This document shows, one piece after another, positions 25,396-35,797 of a stretch of 64,000 nucleotides of DNA. The stretch is from Candidatus Aminicenantes bacterium. Lineage in GTDB: Bacteria; Acidobacteriota; Aminicenantia; UBA2199. A program made the position numbers and the translations under genes. Within the stretch, counting starts at the first letter, position 1. The number at the start of each line of letters is the position of its first letter. The notes beneath the pieces are model-generated. The model saw nothing but the letters and a program-made list of their open reading frames with translations. It ran no database searches and was not told the origin of the DNA. The stretch lies in contig JAOZUQ010000004.1 of assembly GCA_029938635.1 (NCBI GenBank), positions 8,513 through 72,512 of the forward strand. Direction: 5' to 3'.

Positions 25396-27408
25396 ATGTC
25401 TTTTAATAAATTTAAAATTTTGTCATTTTCAAAATATGGATTAATAATTTTTTCAATTCTTTTGATTCTTTTCTTGTACACTCCATCAATCTTTTTTTTC
25501 TTCAGGGACTCTAATCAAGGAGCACAACTCTCAAAAGCTCAGGAGATCCTGAATGGATTTCATCCATTTGTGGATATTATGGGAAATATATACGGACCTC
25601 TTGTATTTTATTTTAGTACCCTGGGGCAACTTCTCTCTGGCAATAGATTAATAGGTGAGATTTTTATCATTGTTATCGGATATTTATCATCCTATTTGCT
25701 CCTTTATTATTTAATGGAAAGATTCACAAAAAGCTTTATGATCTCCTATCTATTATTAATAACTTTGTTATTATTTTTACCAAGATTCTATAAATATTAT
25801 ATTGTACTAGCTCCGATCTTAGTTCTATTTTCAATTTATTACCTTATTTTCAGAAATAGAAATTATAATGGAGTTGTTTTTTTAGGAATTTCCTGTGGGA
25901 TTTCTATTTTGTTTAGATTTGATTTTGGAGTATATGCTTTTATTGTCGGACTTTCAGTTATTTATCTGAGTTTAAAGGATAAGGGAAAAAAGATATTAAG
26001 GAATAATTTCATATATTTTACTGCATCTGTTTTTTTTGTGGGATTACCTTTCTTATTATTATTAATTTTGAATAACAGATTCCCGGGTGCAATAATTGAA
26101 ACTTTTGAAGTAGTAGTCGGGATGGCACACGGAATGGATCTGCCTGTTCCTGTATTCAATTTTCATCAATCTCTTTTTTCCTTATATAACAATATATCTC
26201 TATTTTTCTGGTTTTTTAGAATTTTACCTTTTATAGTATTGATAATTTTACTTACACTAAAAAAAAAAATAGAGCAAAAAGAGAGATTATTTATTTTTGT
26301 AACTTCTGTATTTTCTATTCTACTATATATTCAAGCCTTAAACAGGCCTCATATTTTCCATACACTTCAAGCTATACCTATGCAGTTTATTTTGATAGCA
26401 TGGATATTTGGTTACTCTAATAAAAAAATTGTAAGGAAAAGCTTTAGCATTAAACTGGCAATTGTATCTACAACATTGATTTTGTTATTTCTTATTATTC
26501 CATTTGTTAAAAACCATCATTTAATAAAAAAACATGGTGAATATAATTCTAATCTAAAGAATTGGTTTTCAAATTACAAGGAATTATTCTTAACAAAAGA
26601 GAGTTTAAGGGAAAAATACAAAAAGAAAAACGGGTTAATAAGAATAACAGATTTTGTGAATAGAAGAACAAAGAAGGATGAATCTGTTTTATTCATCCCT
26701 GTGGCCCCTCAGCTTTACTATTTTTCAGAAAGGGTTTTTAAAACATCTCTTGGTGTTTTGGGACCGGGAAGATTAACCACCAGGGAGAAACAATCAGCTT
26801 TCTTCCGGGAGTTAATAGATACAAACACAAATATTATAGTTGATTTCTACGAGTTTAGTTATGATAAAATTGCAGAAAGGAACCCAAGATATTATTATCC
26901 GTATTTAATGAATCTTATTTATTCAAATTACAAAATAGTTAGTAAATTTGGAAATAGAACTTTACTATGCAGAGACAATCGTTTTAATAAATTTCTTACA
27001 AACAAATTGCCTTCATTCAGCAATATGACATATGAGAAAAATATTTTTATAAAAAAAAAAATTCCGGCAAATATTTATAGAATAAATACTTTATTTGCAA
27101 AAAACATAACAAAAGTCAGCATAGTGAAAAAAGGAGTTCTGTTTTGTGAGATAAAGATCTCCCTGGAAAAAAGTATAATTAAAAAATATTTTCTGGGACT
27201 AATAAAGGGGAGTAAATTATATTTTACAGATATAAAGCCATTGAAAAGGAAAAAAGCTAAAAATAATTTTAAGTTTGAAGTTTTTTCTTCAACATCTAAT
27301 GTCCCGGAAGGATCATATAAAATGATTGTTTTTTATTCTGAAGATCAGAATAAATGGTATTATGAAGAGTTACCAATAGAAATTTTGATTACAAAGCCGA
27401 TAAATTAA
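25396..27408 (+). CDS. GT-C-like polytopic membrane protein with a C-terminal soluble domain. Paralog of 30036..32024.
   Basis: 670 aa. About 11-12 TM in the first ~390 aa. Conserved first-loop motif FFFRDSNQGAQLSKAQEILNGFHPF. About 65% identity to the 30036 product over the N-terminal 100 aa. Confidence 0.35.
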   Translation: MSFNKFKILSFSKYGLIIFSILLILFLYTPSIFFFFRDSNQGAQLSKAQEILNGFHPFVDIMGNIYGPLVFYFSTLGQLLSGNRLIGEIFIIVIGYLSSYLLLYYLMERFTKSFMISYLLLITLLLFLPRFYKYYIVLAPILVLFSIYYLIFRNRNYNGVVFLGISCGISILFRFDFGVYAFIVGLSVIYLSLKDKGKKILRNNFIYFTASVFFVGLPFLLLLILNNRFPGAIIETFEVVVGMAHGMDLPVPVFNFHQSLFSLYNNISLFFWFFRILPFIVLIILLTLKKKIEQKERLFIFVTSVFSILLYIQALNRPHIFHTLQAIPMQFILIAWIFGYSNKKIVRKSFSIKLAIVSTTLILLFLIIPFVKNHHLIKKHGEYNSNLKNWFSNYKELFLTKESLREKYKKKNGLIRITDFVNRRTKKDESVLFIPVAPQLYYFSERVFKTSLGVLGPGRLTTREKQSAFFRELIDTNTNIIVDFYEFSYDKIAERNPRYYYPYLMNLIYSNYKIVSKFGNRTLLCRDNRFNKFLTNKLPSFSNMTYEKNIFIKKKIPANIYRINTLFAKNITKVSIVKKGVLFCEIKISLEKSIIKKYFLGLIKGSKLYFTDIKPLKRKKAKNNFKFEVFSSTSNVPEGSYKMIVFYSEDQNKWYYEELPIEILITKPIN

Positions 27409-27420
27409 TATGTTTATAAA

Positions 27421-28161
27421 TCAGTCATAAGCTGATCTGATTTTCCCGGAACTGATCCTGTCAGATTTCTTCCATTTATAGGCTCTTATCCTGCGAAAAA
27501 AAAGGAACTTGAAATAATTGATGTAGCCTATATCTGAGATTGAATAATTGTAGTTTTTTATTTTATTGTAAATCAGAAAAGGTCCGAATATTATTTTAAT
27601 AAGTTTTTCAGGAACATCACTCTTTCCTTCAATCTTATTAGTTGGATTGTATAGTGGTAATTTCCTTTTTTGATCTATTCCTGCCTTTTTCAACATTTCA
27701 GAAAATCCTTTATTCAATTCATCAAAATATATCCATTGGTTAACATAATTCCTGTTTTCAGATATATAACTGTCATATGGAATAAATGAATACACATTCT
27801 TAAGATATTCCAGGAAATCCCAATTGTTTTTCTTTACCTGATGAAAAGTTCTTCTTGCTTTTTTTGAAACATGGCCGCCATTTTCTAAAAAATATTTCCT
27901 GTCGGTATAAACACCATTTGCATTTGTTTTAAGTTTATTGAATACCGAGAATACTATATCAACAGGATCTCTTTGAACAGCTGTTATATGGAATTGATTA
28001 ATATCCAATCCTTTGAAAATTTTAATCAAATAAGGGATATTCGCATGTTTATGAAGTAAAGGTTCACTATTGTAATTTTCGATCAACTCCTTTATTATTG
28101 CACTCGAAGCGGAATAGGGTATCCCGATAAACAGTAATTTATACTTTTTGTTAATGACCAT
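27421..28161 (-). CDS. Sulfotransferase-like protein with a degenerate PAPS-binding motif. Opposite strand to the surrounding cluster.
   Basis: 246 aa. LLFIGIPYSASSAI is P-loop-like, but Tyr sits where the 5'-PSB Lys is expected. ITAVQRDPVDIVFSVF is a 3'-PB-like block. Confidence 0.3.
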   Translation of the reverse strand: MVINKKYKLLFIGIPYSASSAIIKELIENYNSEPLLHKHANIPYLIKIFKGLDINQFHITAVQRDPVDIVFSVFNKLKTNANGVYTDRKYFLENGGHVSKKARRTFHQVKKNNWDFLEYLKNVYSFIPYDSYISENRNYVNQWIYFDELNKGFSEMLKKAGIDQKRKLPLYNPTNKIEGKSDVPEKLIKIIFGPFLIYNKIKNYNYSISDIGYINYFKFLFFRRIRAYKWKKSDRISSGKIRSAYD

Positions 28162-28409
28162 TCTATATATATTATCATGAGAAATGTTTTTTTTGAATTA
28201 AGGAATAATTTCTGGCATTACCCCATTTTTTCATATCATATCTCTGTAAATTACTGCCTCCGGATAACGTCATGTCCATCATCATTTCCAACATGAACTT
28301 CTACTCTAAAATATGGGGTGATGACAAAATAGTTTGATTAGATAAGCAATATATTTCATTTTTTTTATGCTATAATTTCAAATTGAAAAATGCTATCAGG
28401 TTTTCCAAT

Positions 28410-29972
28410 ATGAGAATCGAACTAAAGAAAAAAAAATATTCTATCATCGGATTTTTTCTATTATTAATTCTAATAATTCTTTTTCTTGAAAAACCAGTAA
28501 ATAATTTAATATCAAAGAATAAACAACTAAAGAAAAATATTATTCTGATTGTTTCCGATGCATTACGAAAAGATATTCTCGGATGTTATGGTGGCAAAGC
28601 AAAAACTCCAAATATAGATAAACTGGCCAAAAGAGGAATATTATTTGAAAATGCTTATACAATATCTCCTGTGACAATCCCTTCCTCTGTAGTTTTATTA
28701 ACAGGGAACCATTCGGGATCATACTCACTTTTTTCTGCTAAAGTTAATAATACTACAAAAAAGTTTTTTTTCCATGTTAATAACAAGGATGAACTATTCT
28801 CTGAAATTCTCAGAAAGAATGGTTATGATGTTAAAATGGATATCGAAAACCCCTTGGCTAAAAGTTCAAATAATACTCAGGGATTTGAAAATCTCTACAG
28901 TTTTAAATTAATTAAAAAATTCGATATTTTTAAAATGTTTAATCTTTTTGTAAATAATCAGATTAAAAACATAGAAAAAAAAATCGGAATATTAAAAAGT
29001 GTTCATGAACTCCCTCGCGGTCATTCCAATGATTATTTAAGGACTTATAGCATTCTTGACTATATTCTTACTATTCCAAATAAAAAGAACTTCTTTATTC
29101 TGAAATGGTTTATGGATCCACATGCTCCTTATAACCCTTTAAAAAAATTTAGGGAGAAAATAAAATTCAATCCAGTAGATCTTATAGAAAACAAAAATTA
29201 TTATTCTCGAAATAATGTTAGAAAACTCTTAGAAAGAGAAAAAAAAGGAAAGGAATTTACAAAAGAAGAAATTTCCTATATCAAATCTCTTTATATAGCT
29301 GAAATTGAGTCCGTTGACGAAAGAGTGGGATACATAATGAAAGCGCTGGAAATTAAAAACCTTTTAAACAATACAATTATTATTTTTACTTCAGATCACG
29401 GTGAATTCTTTAACGAGCATGGAGAATTGGGTCATAGTTTATTATATTATGATCAGCTTATACGAATTCCGCTTATTATTTCAGGATCTGGTATACCTGC
29501 CGGAGAAAGAATAGTTAGCAGAGTTTCAAATATGGATATTATTCCTACCCTGAAAGAATTGATGAAAATGAATTATAAAAGTAAAATGTCAGGGAAAAGT
29601 TTCAAAGATCTGCTATTAAATCAGGAATCAAATCCAAATCAAAAAACAATCTATTTTGATACTCTCGGGCATTCTGTAAAAAGAGTTACTGCGAGAGATG
29701 CAATTTTGTATAAAGAATTTAAGCTGATTATTACAAGAAATAAGGGTAAGACAAAATATGAACTATATAATATAATAAGCGACCCGGCAGAGGAGAATAA
29801 TCTTGCTTCATTTAATTTACCGCTTATCAGGAAAATGCTCAGTGAAGTAATAAAAAACAGGAATAGCATAAGAAACCAATACAAAATCAATCTGAAAAAA
29901 AAAGATAATACAAAACTTGATAAGAAGTGGGAAAAAACAAAAAAACACTTAAAAACTCTGGGATATATTTAA
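28410..29972 (+). CDS. Sulfatase/alkaline-phosphatase superfamily protein, membrane-anchored. Thr-type.
   Basis: IILIVSDALRKD, TSDHGEFFNEHGELGHS. Active-site position V-T-I-P-S-S-VVLLTGNH. Ends ...KTLGYI. Start ambiguous: ATG 28410 (MRIELKKKK…) or TTG 28383. Confidence 0.6.
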   Translation: MRIELKKKKYSIIGFFLLLILIILFLEKPVNNLISKNKQLKKNIILIVSDALRKDILGCYGGKAKTPNIDKLAKRGILFENAYTISPVTIPSSVVLLTGNHSGSYSLFSAKVNNTTKKFFFHVNNKDELFSEILRKNGYDVKMDIENPLAKSSNNTQGFENLYSFKLIKKFDIFKMFNLFVNNQIKNIEKKIGILKSVHELPRGHSNDYLRTYSILDYILTIPNKKNFFILKWFMDPHAPYNPLKKFREKIKFNPVDLIENKNYYSRNNVRKLLEREKKGKEFTKEEISYIKSLYIAEIESVDERVGYIMKALEIKNLLNNTIIIFTSDHGEFFNEHGELGHSLLYYDQLIRIPLIISGSGIPAGERIVSRVSNMDIIPTLKELMKMNYKSKMSGKSFKDLLLNQESNPNQKTIYFDTLGHSVKRVTARDAILYKEFKLIITRNKGKTKYELYNIISDPAEENNLASFNLPLIRKMLSEVIKNRNSIRNQYKINLKKKDNTKLDKKWEKTKKHLKTLGYI

Positions 29973-30035
29973 AAGAAATTATGATGAATATATTCTTTGG
30001 TACTATAGTTTATATATTTTTTTAGAGGTCAAAAT

Positions 30036-32024
30036 TTGAGTGTAATTAAAAAATCTGTATATTCTAAAATAATAAAATCTTTACTGTTATCTTTATATAT
30101 ATTGTTCTTTCTTTTCTTAAACATCCCATCTATTACATTTTTTTTTAGAGATCCCGACCAGGGAGCTCAACTTGCAAAAGCGATGGAAATATTAAATGGA
30201 TTTCATCCTTTTATTCATATTAAAGGTAATATATATGGCCCTTTAGTATATTACTTCAGTGCATTGGGGCAATTTTTATCTGGAGGCAAGCTTATTGGAG
30301 AGGTTATTGTCATATTGGGCGGATATCTTACTGCATATCTAATCATATATTACCTTATTGAGAAGATAACCGGAAAAATTTTAATATCATTATTGTTACT
30401 TACTATAGCGTTAACGTTATTACCAAGGTTCTATAAGTATTATATAGTACTTGGGCCGGCTGTATTTTTGTTGGCATTATATTATTTTGTTAACAATGAT
30501 AATTCACAAAAGAAACTTTTTTTCCTGTCTGCTGGTACTGCTATAACGGCTTTGTTTCGTATTGATTTTGGTGTTTATTCTATAGTTGTCGCTCTTATTG
30601 CAATAGTAATTTACAAGGGGAGTGACCGATCAAATACATGGATTAAATGTATTGTTATTTATTTTGCATTTCTAATCATGATAGTTTTACCGTGGATTGT
30701 TTTGGTTATTATATTAAGTGGATCATTAAAACCTTTTCTGGAATTATTTCCGATAATTAAAAATATGGCAACGGATCTTTCTCTCCCTATCCCTGTTTTC
30801 ACCCAGCATCAAGTCTGGTTTTCAAAGTATAATAATTTTTCTCTACTTTTTTGGGCCTTCCGAATATTACCTTATTTTACTCTTATCATATTATATTTTA
30901 ACAAAGGAATTATAGAACAGAAGAAAAAGAATTTTATTATCTTAACTTCAATTTATACTGCTATAATATTTATCCAGGCACTTCACAGAACGAGTTTTAC
31001 TCACCTGCGTCATTGTATCCCGTTAACATTTATTCTTATTGGATGGTTGATCGGGAAGCTGATAAAAAATAAATCAGAATGGAAAAAGTTTTATGTTGTC
31101 CCAATAATAATGTATTTGATCATTCTTCTGTCAGGTTGGACTGTTTTTATGATTAATAACAGAGTGCTGAAAAGGTACAAAATTGCTTTGAATAAAGGGG
31201 TAACAAATTTTTCCTATATTTCTTATTCCAATGCTGATCTACGTATCAAGTTTAAGAAAAATATGTATATAAAAACAGCTGCCATAATAAATAAGTACTC
31301 AGATAAAAATGAACCGGTCATGTTCTTTCCGATTGAATCTCAATTATATTATTTCTCGGAAAGGATGTTTAAAAAATCAATGGGAATGCTGGGACCTGGC
31401 AGGCTAAATACCGAGGATCAGCAGGTTTTATTTTTTAAAGAACTTATAAATAGCGGCACAAATCTTATGGCAGACAGGCCTTTTTTTGCCTATGATAAAA
31501 TACCGGAAAGAAATCCAAGATTCTATTATCCTCATCTTATGAGATTAATATATGCTGAATATAAAATTGTTTGCAAATCTGGTGATTTTATAATTTTATG
31601 CAGGGATGATCGTTTTAATCAATATTTATCAAATAATAATCACTTCTCTAAATTTTCAGAAATCCAGAGTCCCGGGAAAGGATCAAATCGTGTTAATATC
31701 TCTTTTGATACTGTAAATACTTTCCCCTCTGAAGAAATATATCATCTGGCTCATAATGAAAGTATGCTTTATATTACAGGTAGTATTGAGTTAGAAAAAA
31801 AAGGTTTTAACAAAAAATCGTTTTTATTAGGGCTCCGGAAGGGTGAGAAATTATTTACATCCGGTGTAGCATTTACTGATAGAAGAGATCAATTAAATCT
31901 AAGATTCGAATTATTCTCATCACTTTTTTATGTTAATCCGGGAGAGTATGAATTAATAGCATTGGTCAAAGAAGGAGAGAAGTTTAGGATAATTGATTCA
32001 AATATAGTAATAGCTGTGATATAA
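30036..32024 (+). CDS. GT-C-like polytopic membrane protein with a C-terminal soluble domain. Paralog of 25396..27408.
   Basis: 662 aa. TTG start 6 nt after AGAGGT. Conserved loop FFFRDPDQGAQLAKAMEILNGFHPF. Same TM plus C-terminal-domain architecture as its paralog. Confidence 0.35.
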   Translation: MSVIKKSVYSKIIKSLLLSLYILFFLFLNIPSITFFFRDPDQGAQLAKAMEILNGFHPFIHIKGNIYGPLVYYFSALGQFLSGGKLIGEVIVILGGYLTAYLIIYYLIEKITGKILISLLLLTIALTLLPRFYKYYIVLGPAVFLLALYYFVNNDNSQKKLFFLSAGTAITALFRIDFGVYSIVVALIAIVIYKGSDRSNTWIKCIVIYFAFLIMIVLPWIVLVIILSGSLKPFLELFPIIKNMATDLSLPIPVFTQHQVWFSKYNNFSLLFWAFRILPYFTLIILYFNKGIIEQKKKNFIILTSIYTAIIFIQALHRTSFTHLRHCIPLTFILIGWLIGKLIKNKSEWKKFYVVPIIMYLIILLSGWTVFMINNRVLKRYKIALNKGVTNFSYISYSNADLRIKFKKNMYIKTAAIINKYSDKNEPVMFFPIESQLYYFSERMFKKSMGMLGPGRLNTEDQQVLFFKELINSGTNLMADRPFFAYDKIPERNPRFYYPHLMRLIYAEYKIVCKSGDFIILCRDDRFNQYLSNNNHFSKFSEIQSPGKGSNRVNISFDTVNTFPSEEIYHLAHNESMLYITGSIELEKKGFNKKSFLLGLRKGEKLFTSGVAFTDRRDQLNLRFELFSSLFYVNPGEYELIALVKEGEKFRIIDSNIVIAVI

Positions 32025-32053
32025 ATAGTAAATACTTCTATGGGGATAAAAAT

Positions 32054-32941
32054 ATGATAATTAAAAGAGCTCTTTTAAAATCATGGCGTGGTATTACTTT
32101 TATTCCTCATTGGATTCTGGATTCAGTCTTCCTTGGAATTGATAAAAAAAATATTATCTGGACAAGGAATATCAGGTTGATCCCCCGGAAGAAATTCAGG
32201 AAAGGGGCAAGGACCTCATATGCTGAGTATGGCCATGTGATCGGGATTTTTCAGACTTTGATAAAGCAGAACCTTAAAAGTGAAAACAATGTACGTATCC
32301 TCGATATCGGCTGTGGTACCGGCCTTATGGGTATGGCATCCGAGCCGATTTTATTTGAAGGCGGGCATTATACAGGTATTGATTTAATTGACAATAATGT
32401 TAAATACTGTAAAGCCCATTTTGATCCAAAGTATTTCAATTTTATTTTATCAGAAGCAACTAACTCCGCATATAATCCCGGTGGCATTGTAAAAAAAACA
32501 AAATGGGATCTGAAAGACAATACATTTGATTTGGTAACAGCTTTATCCGTTTGGACACATTTAGATGAAGATGATGCCGTATTTTATTTAAAAGAAGTGA
32601 AAAGGGTTCTGAAACCGGGAGGGAGGGCTATAATTACATTCTTCTTTTTAAATGAACTCTATAGAGCCGGCATTGATCAAAGAGTAAAGAGGGAAAGTTT
32701 TTTTCACATGACCTCTCCCGGTAAATGGGTTTTTGATAAACCGGTATATGATTCAAAGAACTGGTTTTGCCCTCAATGGGCGAGAGTTCCGGAAAGTGCT
32801 ATAGGGATTAATGAAAAAGGGATGGATAAGCTTTTAAAAGAATCAGGACTTGAAATTAACTCAATAATGGCTGGGAACTGGAAAGAAATACCGGGAGTCT
32901 ATTTTCAGGATATTATTATTTTTGAAAAACCAAAAAAATAA
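32054..32941 (+). CDS. Class I SAM-dependent methyltransferase.
   Basis: ILDIGCGTGLMG motif I, and a LKPGGRAIITFF post-motif II/III region. 295 aa. Confidence 0.65.
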   Translation: MIIKRALLKSWRGITFIPHWILDSVFLGIDKKNIIWTRNIRLIPRKKFRKGARTSYAEYGHVIGIFQTLIKQNLKSENNVRILDIGCGTGLMGMASEPILFEGGHYTGIDLIDNNVKYCKAHFDPKYFNFILSEATNSAYNPGGIVKKTKWDLKDNTFDLVTALSVWTHLDEDDAVFYLKEVKRVLKPGGRAIITFFFLNELYRAGIDQRVKRESFFHMTSPGKWVFDKPVYDSKNWFCPQWARVPESAIGINEKGMDKLLKESGLEINSIMAGNWKEIPGVYFQDIIIFEKPKK

Positions 32942-32964
32942 AATTAATAAATGGAAATTAGTTT

Positions 32965-34347
32965 TTGAAACATTTAAATTTGATCAACAATAGATTTATA
33001 AAAGATAAAAATCTACTTGAAGTATTGAAAGGCTCATCTGCAGCTTTCCTGCTAAGGGTTGCAGGAATGGTATCAAGTTATTCACTGATTTTCCTTATCT
33101 CTCATGTATACGGGGCTGATGTCCTCGGTATTTTTGCCCTGTGTCTCACTCTTCTTCAGGTGTTTACTGTTCTCGGAAAATTAGGGGTAGATACAGCGAT
33201 GATGAGGTTTGTCTCCGAATACTCAACCTCAGGTGAATTCATTTTTATCTCAAGGATGTCAAAACTTGCACTGAATATACTACTGCCATTGTCTTCTGTT
33301 ATATGCATTCTGGTATTTTTTTATTCACGTGAGATTGCAGAAGTTGTTTTCAAAAAAGGGTATCTTACTCCATATTTTAAGATTGCTGCACTTGGGATAG
33401 TACCGAATATATTTATAATGCTCAATTCTGAAAGGCTTAGAGGATTAAAGAAAATAAAAGAATACTCATTTCTTAGAAATGTAGCTATTCCCCTTTTTGC
33501 TTTTGGAATACTCGGAATTTCATCTGTATTTATTTCCCACAAAGTACTTCCGGTTTTAATTTATATGATAGTAGTGGTAATTACAGCAATTATCAGTTTT
33601 ATATTCTGGAGAAAGGCATTCACTGCTGAGAGTGGAAACTCAAATGTGTTGTCAATGAATCAAGGGAAATCAAGACCAGATTACAGAAAACTGCTTGGAT
33701 TGGCAATCCCCATGCTCTTCACCACTTCACTTCTGTTGATAATGGGATGGACAGACACGATAATGCTCGGTATCTTCAAAACCACCGCTGATGTAGGTAT
33801 TTACAGAGTTTCTCTTCGACTTGCTGCTATAATCTCTATTACTTTGATTGCTTTTAATGCAATTTTGGGTCCAAAAGTTACTGAATTATGGGAAAAGGGG
33901 AAAGTTAATGAATTAAAAAAAGTTGTCAGACAGGCAACAGCAATAGTTTTTGTGTCATCAATGATTGGATTTATTATTTTGGTAATTTTTCGACATTTGA
34001 TTCTGGGGATGTTTGGACCGGAGATTCGATCCGGATCCACTGCTTTTATTTTTTTGCTGCTTGGGCAGTTATTTAATTCAGCTGTAGGGTCTGTGGGACT
34101 GATATTGATGGTAACCGGCAAGCAAATTGTCATTCAAAACGTTATGATTGCTGGAACCATTATTAACATAACTCTAAATTTACTATTGATACCAAATTAT
34201 GGTATTAATGGTGCTGCTTTTGCGAGTATGACAAGTATGATATTTATTAATATTATTCCTTTCATCTATGTTAAGAAATTTATGGGTTTTTATACTCTAT
34301 CATTTAGTATGATGCGGGTCAGAAGGAGAGGTGTAAAAAAACAGTAA
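32965..34347 (+). CDS. Wzx-type oligosaccharide flippase (MOP superfamily polysaccharide biosynthesis protein).
   Basis: 460 aa, about 12-14 TM helices, Wzx-like length and hydropathy. Located in a GT/Wzy/WbaP context. TTG start. Confidence 0.55.
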   Translation: MKHLNLINNRFIKDKNLLEVLKGSSAAFLLRVAGMVSSYSLIFLISHVYGADVLGIFALCLTLLQVFTVLGKLGVDTAMMRFVSEYSTSGEFIFISRMSKLALNILLPLSSVICILVFFYSREIAEVVFKKGYLTPYFKIAALGIVPNIFIMLNSERLRGLKKIKEYSFLRNVAIPLFAFGILGISSVFISHKVLPVLIYMIVVVITAIISFIFWRKAFTAESGNSNVLSMNQGKSRPDYRKLLGLAIPMLFTTSLLLIMGWTDTIMLGIFKTTADVGIYRVSLRLAAIISITLIAFNAILGPKVTELWEKGKVNELKKVVRQATAIVFVSSMIGFIILVIFRHLILGMFGPEIRSGSTAFIFLLLGQLFNSAVGSVGLILMVTGKQIVIQNVMIAGTIINITLNLLLIPNYGINGAAFASMTSMIFINIIPFIYVKKFMGFYTLSFSMMRVRRRGVKKQ

Positions 34348-35684
34348 TGATACCTGTATTGATTTTTACAGTGGCAGTCATTTTTTTGTTATCATCAATT
34401 TTATTTCCGCGAAAGATATTTTTTTTGATGTTATTTTTTATTATCTTATGGCCGGATCTTATTTTTTATAAATATAATGACTTTCCAGGTATAACCCCTA
34501 CAAGAATAATGATTTTTGTTTTATCTGTTGCATTTATAATCAATGTATTACTGCTTAATGAAAAAACTATTGTTATTTGGGACCAGATAAAAAAGAACCG
34601 AAAAATAAAATATATATTGACTCTGATTATTATCTTCTTTTTTGTTCAGTTCTCTTCTTCGCTATTAATGTCTTCCAATATTTTTAAATCTCTTTATGCT
34701 TTCTTCAATAATTTTATATCCGGGTTTTTATTATTATTGTTTATTCTGTTTTTCTTTAATACAAGTAAGGATATTCGTAAAATTTTCAATTTCCTTTTTC
34801 TCTGTGCACTTGTTGTAAATTTAGTTGCATTATATGAATATATATCAGGAGATTCTGTTTTTTCAAATTTTCTTTTAACTCAAAATGAATTTAATGTAAA
34901 GGCAGTGTTAATTCAGTCTAGAAGTGGAATTCACAGGTTGAAGTCTGTTTTCTCAAATACATTAATTTATGCTCAATATATGGTCTCAATGATCCCCATT
35001 GCCATTTTTTTACTTAAGAATGAAAAGAAAAAATTTTTCAGATTTATTATAACTCTTTATTTATTATCAAATGTGTTTTTTGTTTTCCAAACAGATTCAA
35101 GAACGGGAATGGGTTTAATAGTTCTAATTCCTTTGGTTATACTAATATTCAAATTTTTCCAGAAAATTGAAAATATGTTTAAAAGGAATGTGATTTATTC
35201 TATTATTATCGGAGTGATTTTATTATCTGTTTTCTTAATTGCAGTTAATGCAGATTATGCTCTGGAATATAGTGAGCTGAATCCAATTTCCGAAAAAGAT
35301 AAAAGTACTATTCATAGAATCAGGCAGTTTGAACTTGCAATGAAACAAATTCCAGGCTCTCCTCTTATAGGGTATGGTGCAGGTGAAGGAGTGAATTGTG
35401 TAGCTCCGTATACGACCATAGATAGTTTTTACTTAAGTTTATTACTTGAGGTTGGAATTTTGGGGTTGTTGGTATTTGTTGTTTTTAATATTAAATTGTT
35501 AGACCTATTTCTTAGTGGATCAGGAGATATTCTATCAGAGAAATTTTATTTAGCAGTTTCTATAAGTATAATGTTAATGTTTTATTTTATATTATCACTT
35601 GATAAAATGAATTCGATATATTTTATTCTTATAGGTATGGGAATGTCAATGATTCTGAATACTGAGAAAGCAGAAACCCGATAA
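34347..35684 (+). CDS. Wzy / O-antigen-ligase-like (Wzy_C) polytopic membrane protein.
   Basis: 445 aa, more than 10 TM. Extracytoplasmic loop with QTDSRTGMG. 1-nt overlap with the wzx stop. Confidence 0.45.
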   Translation: MIPVLIFTVAVIFLLSSILFPRKIFFLMLFFIILWPDLIFYKYNDFPGITPTRIMIFVLSVAFIINVLLLNEKTIVIWDQIKKNRKIKYILTLIIIFFFVQFSSSLLMSSNIFKSLYAFFNNFISGFLLLLFILFFFNTSKDIRKIFNFLFLCALVVNLVALYEYISGDSVFSNFLLTQNEFNVKAVLIQSRSGIHRLKSVFSNTLIYAQYMVSMIPIAIFLLKNEKKKFFRFIITLYLLSNVFFVFQTDSRTGMGLIVLIPLVILIFKFFQKIENMFKRNVIYSIIIGVILLSVFLIAVNADYALEYSELNPISEKDKSTIHRIRQFELAMKQIPGSPLIGYGAGEGVNCVAPYTTIDSFYLSLLLEVGILGLLVFVVFNIKLLDLFLSGSGDILSEKFYLAVSISIMLMFYFILSLDKMNSIYFILIGMGMSMILNTEKAETR

Positions 35685-35797
35685 GTTTTTTTGGAGGCAA
35701 AGATAAAAGAAATAGGGAAGTTAAATAAGGAACTTAATTATTTGTTGAAATCCAGGATTCCGATTATATTCGCAAAATACAATATATATATATCAAA

